Origin: Eledone cirrhosa
Lineage: Eukaryota
Direction: 5' to 3'
Assembly (NCBI GenBank): GCA_964016885.1
Contig: OZ024755.1
Location: 30,442,001 to 30,506,000, forward strand
DNA length: 64,000 nt
Part shown: in pieces, positions 1 through 13,544 of the stretch
How positions within the stretch are numbered: position 1 is the stretch's first letter
Layout of the letters: each line of letters begins with the position of its first letter
Position numbers and translations under genes: made by a program
Notes under the pieces: generated by a model
What the model was told of the DNA's origin: nothing
The model's database searches: none
Seen by the model: only the letters and a program-made list of their open reading frames with translations

Positions 1-2027
1 GCTCATGGTACAGTATTCCACGTCTAAATATTGTGTAACAAACATATATTCAGAGACAAAACAGTTATTGTAGGATATCTAACTGCAGTTGGCTTATAAT
101 GTTGCCTTCGCTTCAATATGATGCAATTCACGCTAATTACTAAAACCCTACTTTAGCAGCACTTGAATGAAAAGTTACATGGTAGAAAATACGAAGTATG
201 AGATATGTATGTGAAGTTTTAAGTCAATTCCTGGACATTGAAACGTTGTTCTATTCTGCCAAAATAGGGAATGGGGGTTTTGTTTATTTTTATTTATTCA
301 CTGATTATTTGCGGTGATGGAAATGTATGCATATTTGATGGCCATGCTTACACATTTGTCAAAACTTTGAGAAGTATACGTGATGGATATAGGTGTAACA
401 AATTTCCAGTTTATTTACCCATGTCTGTGTGTCTATGAATTGCATCAGTGAGTTTTCAGTATATCTTCCACGGAGATAAACCTCGGTAATGAAAATAATT
501 AGATATAAGGAAGCCAAATGACAAATGATTAACGAACAAGATAAAATACCATTATTCGCATCTATTGCAAAATCATCCAACCAGGTTTTTGGACATGACT
601 GTAAGCTAGAAACAATTATTTATACTAATAGAAATCAAATCTATTATGGTGCTAGAAAAGAGATTATTGTTGTGTTATTCGCATAATGAAAATGGCTTAT
701 GATTATTGCAGCAAGTGATCCAAATGGGAGATAACACACAGTAAACAATTTCAGCAAAACGACGTTCGTTAGACTGGACAGATGGATATTACAGTATGAT
801 ACTTACAGCAAGGAAAGTATTAATTTAATTAAAATAGGGATTAACATTCTTTTAAGTTAATTATCATGTGAATAATAAAGAGTACTCGTGTCAAGTCAAG
901 AGTACTCAAACTATACGGCCATATAAAAAGATCAACTCATGGTGTGAGTAGGTTATGCCTGGAAGGAAGGTTGGCTGGTAAGAGAAGCAGAGGCCAGCAG
1001 CCAAAACGATGGCTTGACAATGTCAATTCATGAACTGGACTTGATCTTTGCTCTTTGAACTCTGCTGTTGGTGATCGAACTTTCTGGAGAGAGATATCAC
1101 ATGTTAATGCGCAGTCTGCAACTGACGGAGTTTAGCGTCAGAAAGAAGAATAATAAAGACATTTTGTTTGGTAGAATATTAACGTTAGGTGGTATACTAA
1201 ACTCGTCGCCCACTTTAAATCCCTCAGAAGTGTGGGTGTGTTTAACGAAGTGCACTCTGTCGCAAGCTTTTGACATATTCTCGGTTTACACATACATCCC
1301 TCCTTCCCTCCCAACATTCTTTGAGGCCTTAAAAATGGCCATATGCACTGCCGTTCTTCCCCTTTAACTAGACACTAAAAAGAAAGTTACTTATAGCTGG
1401 AAAATATTTTGAACTTTAACAAAAGTTGTGAATACGTCTGGTAAAGTAATTCTGAGCATAAAAAGTTTACAGGATAAATAATAAAATATTTATAGGATAA
1501 GTGATTTAAAATGATTAGTCCTGATAAACATCATTTCAGTTTCGTTTACGGCTACATAAACAGAAAATATAGTCGAATGATATCCTACAGGTAATCTATA
1601 TTTGGCCGAACAGATTGACAATCTGTTCTCACATAAAACTAATGAAATTCTTCTAAACAGAATTTAAGATTCATAATATAGCAATAGCACATTGCATTGC
1701 CGTTTTAACTCTCCATCTAATTCTTCTTCTCCTCTTTCTCATCCTTCTGTTTTCTTTCCCGTTAATATCATGTTTACTGATTTTATTACTACTGTTTATT
1801 GATCAAACTTGCAGGATTAAATAAACAATGCATTCTAGCAGGTGAAACTGAAAACCAAACGTACGGTAAATAATAGAAAACTAAAAATAAAGTGAAAGCA
1901 AGGGCCACAAGACATATTAAAATCTTTAACAAAAATAATACCCCGAGTAGATAATAATATTAATAATAAATTTAATATAAGGCTAGAATTTATAGGTGTT
2001 AACGAAAGAGAAACAGTACTATAAAAT

Positions 2028-3030
2028 AATTGCTTCTACTTTCTGGCACAAGGTCAGTAATTACCCCCAGTGCATTACTGGTGCTTTATTTTATCGACCC
2101 CGTAAGGATGAAAGTCAAAGTTAACCTCGGCGACATTTGAACTCTGACCATGAAAAGCCACAACTCTATAAAACGCGTCCGACCCTCTATCGATACTGCC
2201 AATCCACCACCCTATAAAAGTACTATGAAATAATAAAACACAGACAAAAAGGAATTTAGAAAAGTATTTTAAAGTTAAAATCCCAATAGTTTACAACGAA
2301 GACATCTATAACGGAATATTAATTCTTTATTCTAAGTCAGAATGTCTTCAGATTCCTTTTTGGTGACATGAATTTTTAATTTGGCAAAATTCATGAGGTA
2401 TAGCAGATAATTGCATGAGTACTTTCCTAAAGGTAACCCATATTTTGTACACCTTTACAACCTCATTTACCTAAAATAATAAATGAGATTGTTTCGAACA
2501 TAATTTCATATTCACAATATAGGAATAGTACATTGCTTTGATTTCCGCAAGGTTGGGATGATATCAAATGCAATTCAACATGCAAATAGAGGATCGAGTC
2601 TTTCTTGAATCAACCATGTCTAGCCTGCCTCCGATCTGCCTTGCAACCAAACAGCGGTTATTATTTTAACCCTTTAACGATCTGAGTTCAAATCCCGCCG
2701 AGGTTGACTTTGCCTTTCATCCTTACGGGGTCGATAAAATAAAGTACCAGTAATGCACTGGGTAATTGCTGGCCTTGTGCCTAAAGCAGAAACAATTATT
2801 TTAACCCTTTAAAGAGCGGTAGATTGGCAGTATCGATAGAAGGTCGGACGCCATGCTTTGTAGCATAGAGTTACGACCCTTTATGATCTGAGTTCAAATC
2901 CCGCCGAAGTTAACTTTTCCTTTCATCCTTACGGGGTCGATAAAATAAAGTACCAGTCACGCACTGGGGTGGCTTTGATTGACTTTCTCTCCCCAAAATG
3001 TCTGGCCTTGTGTCTATGTGAGAAACCATT
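2028..3030. mobile_element. tRNA-derived SINE family 1, three copies (2028-2213 -, 2670-2800 + partial, 2814-3030 +)
   Basis: ~185-bp dispersed repeat with A-box-like TGGCAGTATCGG, B-box GAGTTCAAATCC, core GCCTTTCATCCTTACGGGGTCGATAAAATAAAGTACCAG and an AGAAACAATTA(TTA) tail. Confidence 0.9.
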
Positions 3031-3669
3031 CTTTTAACCCTTTATAGTGCCATTATATTCTTTCGTTCAACATTTAATTCACCAGTTTTTAAACCCAATT
3101 CGTAGGAAAGGCCCAAGATGCGCGGAACTGGATTTTTAATTTAAATTCCTTTTTGTGTTTTATTGAACTTCGATTCGATACAATTTTACGTTTGATATAT
3201 ATATATCCCTTGGATTTAGTTTTATGGGGAAATATGCAATTATATTTATATTAACCCTTTAGCATTTGCATTACTCTATATATATACTATTGTATTTTCG
3301 TGATAAAGTCTTTACCTCACATAATTATCTCACATAATATCGAATCTAGGAGATTTGGATATTATTTATTTTGAGAACAATACCTTAATATAAGTATGAG
3401 TGGCCGGTTACAGCCGGTTTGAACAGAAAGAGGTGAGAGAGTTCTGGCTAGATATGAATGGTTTAAATGCTAAAGGGTTAAACAAGAGAATGGCAATATG
3501 ATTTGCTAGGTTTTCGTAATATATTTGCACATTATATAATTTGAGGTCATATCTAAAACAATGATTAACTTTGATATATAAAGTACTGAGTAGCTCTATT
3601 TTGCAGAAAGAGAAAAAAGTAGAACATTTCTCAATAGCAAAATCCTTCTTAAAATGAATATTATATAAT

Positions 3670-4569
3670 AATTGTTTCTACTTAGGCACAAGGCCAGCAT
3701 TACCCAGTGCATTACTGGTACTTTATTTTATCGACCCCGTAAGGATGAAAGGCAAAGTCAACCTCGGCGGGATTTGAACTCAGATGGTAAAGGGACGTAA
3801 CTATGCTGGAAAGCATGGCGTCCGACCCTCTACTGATACTGCCAATCCACCGCCCTTTTTATATATATAATAATAATTGTTTCTACTTTAGGCACAAGGC
3901 CAGCAATTACCCAGTGCATGACTGGTACTTTATTTTATCGACCCCGTAAGGATGAAAGGCAAAGTCTATATATAGATGAAAAGCATAGTCTATATATAGT
4001 CTATATATAATAATATAGTCTATATATAATATAGTCTATATATAATAATAATATTATATAATAATCTTATTCTAACACCGTCATCCGACCCTTGGGGAAC
4101 GTTAGTGGGGGTCAATTTCTGACACGTATTCGGGCAATAGACGACTCATTTTTCGCTTTACTCTCTACCAACATATTCAGACTGGGCATTCTGTGCATCG
4201 ATCTAACTGGTCTTGTAGAACCTGTCCCACTAGTCTGAGGACATTTGCACTGTTGTTTCTCCGCAGCTAAAAAATATATATATATATATAAATGGATCTT
4301 TGGAATTCACATGAAAAAGCGATTTGTGTAACTGTAAAGTATAATGAAGAGTAAATGGGAGGGAAAATAATCAATAATTAGAGTAACATACAATACTGAC
4401 TAAACAGAATAAATGTATCAGTCTAACTAGGTTACATATTAGTAGATCTATTAAAAAAAAAACACCAAACTGTTAGGTAAGGGGATCACGGGGTACAGCT
4501 TTGGAAATATTCCTTTATGTGCCAGAGAATTTAGTATACTGAATACTATACATACACACACACACATAT

Positions 4570-4652
<83 letters not shown>

Positions 4653-5040
4653 TCAATCAAAAAGAGTTAGTTGATTTATAATCAGCTGACTTTTATATAA
4701 CAGATGTCATGCACTCAACGGTGTATAATTATCCAGAGTATAATAATAATAACAATTGGTTCTATTTTAGGCACAAGGCCAGCAATTACCCAGTACATCA
4801 CTGGTACTTTATTTTATCGACCCCGTAAGGATGAAAGGCAAAGTTAACCTCGGCGGGATTTGAACTCAGAATGGCAAGGGCCGTAACTATATGCGTCAAA
4901 GCATGGCATTATTATAATAATAATTGTTTCTACTTTTGGCACAAGGCCAGCAATTACCCAATGAATTACTGGTACTTTATTCTATCGACCCCGGAAGGAT
5001 GAAAGGCAAAGTTAACCTCGGCGGGATTTGAACTCAGATC
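3670..5040 (-). mobile_element. SINE family 1 cluster (3670-3856, 3875-3965, 4755-4908, 4922-5040)
   Basis: Same consensus in reverse orientation; several copies are 5'-truncated. Confidence 0.9.
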
Positions 5041-6000
5041 ATATAATAATAATAAACGAAAGATAGTTACTTTAGATCATCTCTATTTATTTTATTATAT
5101 ATATTTCGAAGATGCAAGGCTTATGTATAACATAATCCATAACATGTTCTCATCAGACAAAATGCATATGCTTGGTTGTCACCAATCTGTCCAGCTCGTT
5201 TGACTGCCAGTATATCAAAAGAATCTGCATCCCTTATGCATTCTATCTCTAGATCTTTATATTTCGATAGATTCTCTATTTCCGCGGAAGACATATTGTC
5301 GTCTGCGGGAGTAGATACATCTTATTATTTTCATTATTATTATTAATGTTGTTGTTGATGTTGTGCTAGTGGTGACGGTTATTGCTGTTGATGTTTTGTT
5401 TTATCTATCAAATTTTTTTAACTGTTGGTAGGTCAAGTATTTTCTTTATGGTGTGGTATTCAGTATCAGGTCGGAACTATTGAACTAGACTATTTTATTA
5501 GGTAATATGTGTTGGTTTGAATGTACATTCAGCGTTGGTTTGGAAATGATTATAATGTGAAGTATTGATCGACTTGTGTTTTCAAATGCGTCGTTTTTTT
5601 TTTTTTTTAAGCAATAATTAATAATAAATATCCAAAGGCACGGCAAAACAAAATATAAAAATGAGCGTGTCCAAACAAAATACCAAGTCCATAACGAATG
5701 ATATAATAGAACAAGTACAACCAATACATTCATTTCTAAGCTGAATTGATGTTTGGCTTGTTTTGTGTTTCTAACTTTTGTGGCGGCCATTATTCTGATT
5801 CGACCAGAATGTAAAACATAGAAGAGAGGTTCAAGAATGATAAAAATAGAGGAATCTACCCCAAAACTGGATTGGTGTATATATATTTATACACACACAT
5901 GCTGGACCTTTCAGCACCCCACCCCATATCACTTTTTTTAACTTCCTTCCCTAACTTCCTCACACTACTCTTACGAGCATGTGTTCTCTCCTTATCCCAA

Positions 6001-6037
6001 CTTTCCCCAAGAAGGGCTTCAGTCCAAAACGTCGAAA
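6001..6037 (+). ncRNA. Decayed minimal hammerhead-like motif at the 3' end of a PLE-like remnant
   Basis: tttc-CCCAAGA-a-gggc(ttca)gtcc-AAAA-cg-TC-gaaa has HHR topology but the core is mutated. Confidence 0.35.
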
Positions 6038-6129
6038 CATTCTCCACTTCCACCAAGCGTGAACCTAATATAACCGAGTAAAATTGCCTCCCCTGTTTGA
6101 TCTGCTTCATTTATTAACTATATATATAA

Positions 6130-6358
6130 CAAAGAAGGTTTGCTAAGATACCAGGTGGACCAGAACGCATCAGACTTCAGACTACTCGATACTTAGGGTA
6201 GTAGAGTGGGTAATAGGAAAAGAGTTAGGACCCCGACGGCTGAGCTTCGGCCGTTTCGACAGCTAGATCCGAACTATGCCTGAATAAAACTGGCTTAATT
6301 CGGATCTAGCTGTCGAAACAGCCGGAGCTCAGCCGTCGGGGTCCTGACTCTTTCCCCA
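6130..6358. mobile_element. Fold-back PLE-derived element, family E (half-HHR GAAACGGC..GCCGTC)
   Basis: Inverted arms around ~6275-6300 with (TA)n flanks; same family at 39060-39350, 41445-41640, 42657-42800, 46172-46340, 54245-54440. Confidence 0.75.
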
Positions 6359-6371
6359 TATATATATATAT

Positions 6372-6590
6372 AAGAGAGTATTGAAGTTTGCTTGAAGCAT
6401 TGTGGAACAATAAGTAAATATCTTTAAGTCGTTTGGAAGCCTCGACAATGCAAATGGGTAAATCTCACACATCTTATACACACCACGCATCTCAACGTAC
6501 ACCCACCTACATCTCTCTCTCCACCACCGGACCTTGTTACCCGGAGATTTACCCATTTGCATTGTCGAGGCTTCCAAACGACTTAAAGAT
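6372..6590. mobile_element. Fold-back element family J in (TA)n
   Basis: Inverted arms tctttaagtcgtttggaagcctcgacaatgcaaatgggtaaatctc; second copy at 62187-62330. Confidence 0.65.
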
Positions 6591-6862
6591 ATATATATAT
6601 ATATATATATATTTATAGTAATAATAATAAATGTGAAGACTAAAATCCGAAGAGGGCTCGATAAGGATAAATATATATCAAATATATAAAAATCATAGAG
6701 AAAATATTATAACCGATTAAAGTTTAAGTAAAGAAGAGGTCATATCTAAAACAATGATTAACTTTGATATATAAAGTACTGAGTAGCTCTATTTTGCAGA
6801 AAGAGAAAAAAGTAGAAAATTTCTCAATAGCAAAATCCTTCTTAAAATGAATATTATATAAT

Positions 6863-7047
6863 AATTGTTTCTACTTAGGCACAAGGCCAGCAATTACCCA
6901 GTGCATTACTGGTACTTTATTTTATCGACCCCGTAAGGATGAAAGGCAAAGTCAACCTCGGCGGGATTTGAACTCAGATCTTAAAGGGACGTAACTATGC
7001 TGGAAAGCATAGCGTCCGACCCTCTACCGATACTGCCAATCCACCGC

Positions 7048-7084
<37 letters not shown>

Positions 7085-7250
7085 GTCATGCTTTGACGCA
7101 TAGAGTTACGGCCCTTGCCATTCTGAGTTCAAATCCCGCCGAGGTTAACTTTGCCCTTCATCCTTATGGGGTCGATAAAATAAAGTACCAGTAATACACT
7201 GGGTAATTGCTGGCCTTGTGTCAAAAGTAGAAACAGTTATATATATATAT

Positions 7251-7312
<62 letters not shown>

Positions 7313-8056
7313 CGATTTGTTAAACTTCATATTGTCCACATTTCTATCCATCAAATCTTCATCTGACATATAATTTCCGTTATTGTAGATAATGGTTGCT
7401 TATTTCACCCACTACCACCTTCACCACCACCCGTATACATCTACTTCGAAACTCTTATAAATATTCAATATTCATGGAATCTGATTACTTTTAATATGTT
7501 GATTTAATATTATATGTGAATTTATGAATGTACGATTAATGATGTATTATTTAATGCTATTACTAGTATCTTTAATAAAAGATACATAGAAAGCATGAGG
7601 CTGCATCCATCGGAATATTTATAGTCATATGTCTTATCAATTTACAGATTTTAAATTAGGAATATAATCTAAATGGTTTATGATCTCAAAAACTATCACC
7701 AAATATAACTAAATGTATTTAATAGATCCTTATAGCTATGTAATAAACAGTCATATAAAAAAAGAAAAATGAAATCGTATGTCATTTTCGAAATTAAATA
7801 TCGTAGAGTGGATGATATGAAATACGATAAACTTATGAATTTTTGTATGATACAAGTTTGTCATTTCTGAAGTTAAATATCACATGTTACATAAAGAGAA
7901 ATGTATTAAACTTATAGAAGTCATGCGATAAATGATTATCATGATATTTAATACTTTCGCTGGTTCTTTCGTTCACACGAATATGTGTTAAAATTAAATA
8001 ATACAAAATTCTCTAAAACAATATGATGTTCTATTGCATTGAAAACAGTGTTTCAG

Positions 8057-8094
<38 letters not shown>

Positions 8095-8659
8095 GCCGTG
8101 GTCATTGTCATCACCGTTTTACGTCTGTATATATATATGTATGTACGTATACATACTTATATTTAAGTATCAGCCGTACTAAGTGTGAGAAATGAAATTT
8201 CATTTCATTTTTTCCATTTATCGTTTGCGGTGCGCCCGGCCGACTAACTCATTCGATATGCAAATTAGGCTCCTCAGCCGTTAATATGCATAAGGAAAGT
8301 ATATACTTTCAGACGTTCAATCATCTGGCAGGAAGGTATACGATGCTGACAATAGCTAATAAGCTTGAAACTAGTACATCGTTCCTTTGTCAGTGTTGAA
8401 CAAAAGGGCAAAGATGGTTGCTAAACTCTGTACGGCTTAATTCGGGATGTTTGTTTTACAAACAAACCGAGCATTATAATAAATGTTCGGTAAATCCATA
8501 CGTACATATATATATATATGTGTGCATGTATGTATATATATATATACATACTACTGTACGTTTGTGTATATATATATGTATGTACGTATACATACTTATA
8601 TTTAAGTAACAGCCGTACTAAGAGAAGAGTGAGAAATGAAATTTCGTTTCATTTTTTCC

Positions 8660-8709
<50 letters not shown>

Positions 8710-8891
8710 GTTTCTACTTTTGGCACAAGGCCAGCAATTATCCCAGTGTATTACTGATACTTTATTTTATCGACCCTGTAAGGATGAAAGGCAAAGTAAA
8801 CCTCGGCGGGAATTGAACTCAGATCGTAAAGGTACGTAACTATGCTGGAAAGCATATCCGACCCTCTACCGATACTGCCAATCCACCGCCC
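6863..8891. mobile_element. SINE family 1 copies (6863-7049 -, 7084-7240 +, 8706-8891 -)
   Basis: Consensus match. Confidence 0.9.
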
Positions 8892-9095
8892 TATATATAT
8901 ATATAATACGAACAAAGTAGGGGTGTTATATTTATTGCTCAATCCTGGTTTACAAATGTTTCTCAAGCAGCTGGCGCGTGATATGAGTTGGCAGCCGAGA
9001 CCAGACGCCAAATCTGCCTCATCCTCGGATCAGTGTTAACACAACAAAAATCGCATACAATTTGTGGACGTACCGGCAATGACACAAACAAGCAT

Positions 9096-9170
<75 letters not shown>

Positions 9171-9512
9171 AGTTAATATAAATTAATATATTTGATAAAC
9201 ACAAATACCAACATATCCGTGTTTGTATTGTAAACGACTAAAGTTAGCTAGATTGAAAAATACTAATTATAATAATACAGTTTGCCTGTCTCGATTTAAA
9301 ATAATAAATCAATAAAAACAAAGCATATTGGCAAATGGCCGTGGTGCTTGGACAAATTTAAATTTCAAAATCAAACCTGTTCCGTAGCCAGGTTTAAACC
9401 TTGAAATCCAAATAAGTTTCGAAAAATGAAAAAGTGGAAGAATACCGCATTTCTATCTCCTCAGCAAGCACCATTGTAAAGGACTGCCTGAGGTTTGAAC
9501 TCATTATTAATA

Positions 9513-9591
<79 letters not shown>

Positions 9592-9703
9592 ACCAGTGCT
9601 TTGAGCAAACAACACCAAACTTAGGCATTGAGCATATAAAAAAATCGAAATAATAGAAGTAAACTTTAATCCATGTATTTTCTGTTTTTTGTTCAAATTC
9701 TAG

Positions 9704-9750
9704 CTGTCTGATGAGGTCATAGCTGTTGCATAATGAAATATATATAACAG
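9704..9750 (+). ncRNA. Type I hammerhead ribozyme motif (family C, helix II eroded)
   Basis: ctgt-CTGATGA-ggtcatagctgttgcataat-GAAA-tatata-TA-acag; helix I ctgt/acag. Confidence 0.65.
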
Positions 9751-9800
9751 TGAATACTAATAAACGAAGTTAATTTTAACCTGTTGACATACACTCCTTG

Positions 9801-9852
<52 letters not shown>

Positions 9853-9924
9853 GGTGTGGGGTGGTTAATGCGTCCGTATGCCGTAGGCCGCTTGAGCACT
9901 TGATGCTCTTGTAGAGCAGAGTAT

Positions 9925-10120
9925 ATTACATAAGAAACGGAGAATCAGTGGTGCGACGAATTAAAATTTATTAGACATATTACAATCGTTTCTCTGGCGA
10001 CCAGCTCGAGACACAATCACCACATCGATCGTGCCGCGAGCTGGTCGCCACAGAAACGATTGTAATATGTCTAATACATTTTAATTCGTCGCACCACTGA
10101 TTCTCCGTTTCTTATGTGAT
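9925..10120. mobile_element. Fold-back element with 3' half of a hammerhead (GAAAC-gatt-GTA)
   Basis: ~80-bp inverted arms with a short loop, next to (TA)n. Confidence 0.6.
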
Positions 10121-10711
10121 ATATATATATAATATGTATATTAAATGGTATAATTATTTAGTGATAATACTTCGTCTTAGATTTTCGCACTCAGATCCCA
10201 GGTGTGTTGAATTATCAGACGAATAAAGCATAAATTGTTACGTAAACAAAAGTGACAGATGTGAATTGTTATTTTTTGCGTAATGTTTGCGGTATTGCCT
10301 CATGGGTTAGAAAATATAGTGCGCAGCCTAACTGACTAATATATTTCTAGTGACTAATTTAGTTATGGTTTGATGAAGGAATTTTTAATGAAATTCAGCA
10401 AATTCTGGTGCGATTTGAAATAAATATCTATATAGCAGTGAATACAAATGATTAAAAAGTCGATATTTTGAAGATATAAATGAATCAAGAAATATCTCTG
10501 TAATACTTGAGAGTATAGAGATCAGAAGTGTTCTGTAATGGCTGAAAGCCGGAGGTTAAAATATAGATTGCTTCATTACTTTTGGTTAAAGCTTTGCTAG
10601 AGTCATTCAGACAGGCATATTGTGGTATATTCTTTATTTTGAAGAGGAGACAGTTTGTCATTTAACATTCTGTTGAATGAAATTATTGAATAAGAAGTCT
10701 CTTGCATTTAT

Positions 10712-10880
10712 AGGAGGATGACCTCCTTCGGTCACAAATGACCATGGGATTTGCCCCTATAAACAATCACCCCGAGGCACAAGCCCGGCAGTCGCCCATG
10801 CATACCAGTCCCCCGTCTCCATGCCACCGATGATGCCCAAGGGAAAGGCAATGGCTGATACATCTTGGCACCAGTGACAT

Positions 10881-10916
<36 letters not shown>

Positions 10917-11045
10917 GTATAGACTTATTATATATACACTACATATACCTCTCTACACTATATTTAGACTATATATACACTAAACTACATTATGACGTTG
11001 ACCGAGGGAAAGCAATGGCTGATACAGCTTGGCACCAGTGATGTG

Positions 11046-11086
<41 letters not shown>

Positions 11087-11320
11087 GTATATTATATATA
11101 CAATGTATATACACTATATATCATGTTGTCCAAGGGAAAGGCAATGGCTGATACAGTTTGGCACCAGTGACGTTGCAACTCATTTCTTCAGCTGAGAAAA
11201 CTGAAGCAACGTGAAATAAAGGGTTTTGCTCAAGTACACAACGCATCACCCGCTCCGAGAATCGAACTCACAATCTTCCGATTGCAAGCCCGATATTCGA
11301 ACCACTAAGCCATGTGCCTT
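10712..11320 (-). mobile_element. tRNA-derived SINE family 2, interrupted by (TA)n with internal duplications
   Basis: Minus-strand head aggcacatggcttagtggttcgaat...gagttcgattctc; cccaagggaaaggcaatggctgataca..ttggcaccagtga occurs three times; related to 25428-25545. Confidence 0.75.
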
Positions 11321-11992
11321 TTCATTTATACATTTTTCTATTGACTTTGTATGTTTTGGATTTCCTTAAAATATTCTTCTTTATACCCAACAGTCGCACT
11401 TTCCTTCGAATATCAGACGTAATTGGAGAATTCTTTAGCATTTCTACTGTCTATAATCTTAAGGAAGACATACTGTTGAACTATCCTTGTGTAAATTTAC
11501 GCCTTGCCACAATTACATAGTATTTACATGCAATGTTTAAGATTGGTTTCCTCATTGGGATTCTTCTTAATAAATGACGGTTTCAGTATTGTGTTTGATT
11601 TAGTGGGAGGACGTTTGAACACCTGTGTGTGCAATTAGCTTATATTAAGGTAGTTTGAGTGCTTGCTATTAAGGTTTTCGCATTTATGCTACAGCTGTTA
11701 CTCAGTTTTTTTTTGTTTTTTTTTGTTAATTAGTTTGACTATTTTTATATATTATGTAGACAAATACCATTAACAGACTTTTACTTGTGTGAAGCCATTT
11801 TGTTTCCAAACTGATGATCTGACAGCGAAAGATGTATGACTGCAGTAAGTTTCAAACTCACAACATTCGTGCATCAATATTGATAGATTACATAAATAAT
11901 CGAGGTGTGTTTTAGAAAAAGTAATGTTTGGTTCTATAAATATAATATTGATCTCTGAATTACGAATTGTAACAGTCAATGCGTTAACGAAA

Positions 11993-12436
11993 CAGCTTGA
12001 CTGCTTCATCAGCTAAACCTAGGAGCCAAGTATCCCACGTAACTTCAGCTTGACCTAGGGGCCAAGTATCCCACGTATCTTCAGCTTGACTGCTTCATCA
12101 GCTAAACCTAGGAGCCAAGTATCCCACGTAACTTCAGCTTGACCTAGGAGCCAAGTATCCCACGTTACTTCAGCTTGACTGCTTCATCAGCTAAACCTAG
12201 GAGCCAAGTATCCCACCTATCTTCAGCTTGACTGCTTCATCAGCTAAACCTAGGAGCCAAGTACCCCACGTATCTTCAGCTTGACTGCTTCATCAGCTAA
12301 ACCTAGGAGCCAAGTATCCCAGCTATCTTCAGCTTGACTGCTTCATCAGCTAAACCTAGGAACCAAGTATCCCACGTATCTTCAGCTTGACTGCTTCATC
12401 AGCTAAACCTCGGGTCCAAGATTTCCATATATCTTC
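11993..12436. repeat. Minisatellite, 53-bp unit with two interspersed 36-bp deletion units
   Basis: ctgcttcatcagctaaacctaggagccaagtatcccacgtatcttcagcttga starts at 12001, 12090, 12179, 12232, 12285, 12338, 12391. Confidence 0.95.
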
Positions 12437-12583
12437 TCAACATGCTTTACCGTCTTACTAAATGATATATTGGTTTAGGTAGACCCTGCTATATAAAAGA
12501 CGGTATGTACACATTTAGATTACTTTTGATCGTAGATCTCCTCCATCAGGACGAGTTTGGTATTAAAAATAAACAACAATGAT

Positions 12584-13277
12584 AATGGTTTCACATTTTG
12601 GCACAAGATCAGCAATTTGGGGGAGTAGAGAGTCGATTAAATCGATCCCCAATGTATTACAGGTACTTTATTTTATCGACCCTGTAAGGAAGAAAAGCAA
12701 AGCTAATCTTGGCAGGATTTCAACTCAGAACGAAAAAGGGCCATAACTCTATGCTGCTAAGCAATGGTGTCTGACGTTCTACCGGTAGTGCCAATCCGCC
12801 GCCTTACATGGCGGTAAAGGGCCATAACTCTATGCTACAAAGCAATGGTATCTGACGTTCTACTGATACTGACGATTCACCGCCCTAACAAGAAAAATAA
12901 TAATGGTTTCTGATTTAGGCACAAGGCCAGCAATTTGAAGAGAGGGCAAGTCCATTAAATCGGCCCCAGTGCGTGACTGGTACTTTTATTTAACGACCCC
13001 GTAAAGATGAAAGCCAAAGCTAAGCTGGGCGGCATTTGAACTCAGAACATAACTTTATGTCGCTAAGCATGTTGTCCGACGCTCTGCCGATTCTGCCAAT
13101 ACACCGTCCTTTTGGCACAAGGCCAGCAAATATTCCCAGTGCATTACTGGTACTTTATTTTATCGACCCCGTAAGGATGAAAGGCAGAGTTTACCTCGGC
13201 GGGATTTGAACTCAGACCAGGAAGGGCCGTAACTCTTTGCTGCAAAGCATGGCGTCAGACCCTCTACCGATACTGCA
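12584..13277 (-). mobile_element. SINE family 1 tandem cluster (older, longer subfamily plus a younger copy)
   Basis: Three consecutive consensus matches; the older ones have an extra ggggag..gtcgattaaatcgacccc segment. Confidence 0.85.
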
Positions 13278-13544
13278 GATTACAATATGATATTGAAATT
13301 AGTTTTGTACCAGTTCCTACAGATATTGTTACCAGTGTAAAATCAATGATGCTGGAGGATAATGACAAGCATTTAGATTCAAAATGTTATATTTCATTTG
13401 ATCGGATTTGAATGATATTCACATAACTATATATTATGCTAAATTTGACGTCATGTATAGATGACATATAAAGTTAAGACTAGCAACTGCTCTTCATTGA
13501 TGGATGCTAATAAATAGTTAAATATGAATACAACATTATAATGA

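Noticed and set aside
1068-1367. 99-aa ORF (also 359-580 and 11770-12009)
   Set aside because: No recognisable domain; lengths compatible with chance
6329-6618. Identical MEASTMQMGKS ORFs on both strands
   Set aside because: A consequence of the inverted repeat arms
6640-6670. ccgaagagggctcg as an HHR core
   Set aside because: It is the antisense of the family D tail and has no GAAA/NUH geometry
11993-12436. CRISPR array
   Set aside because: Contiguous tandem units with no unique spacers, no cas genes and a eukaryotic context
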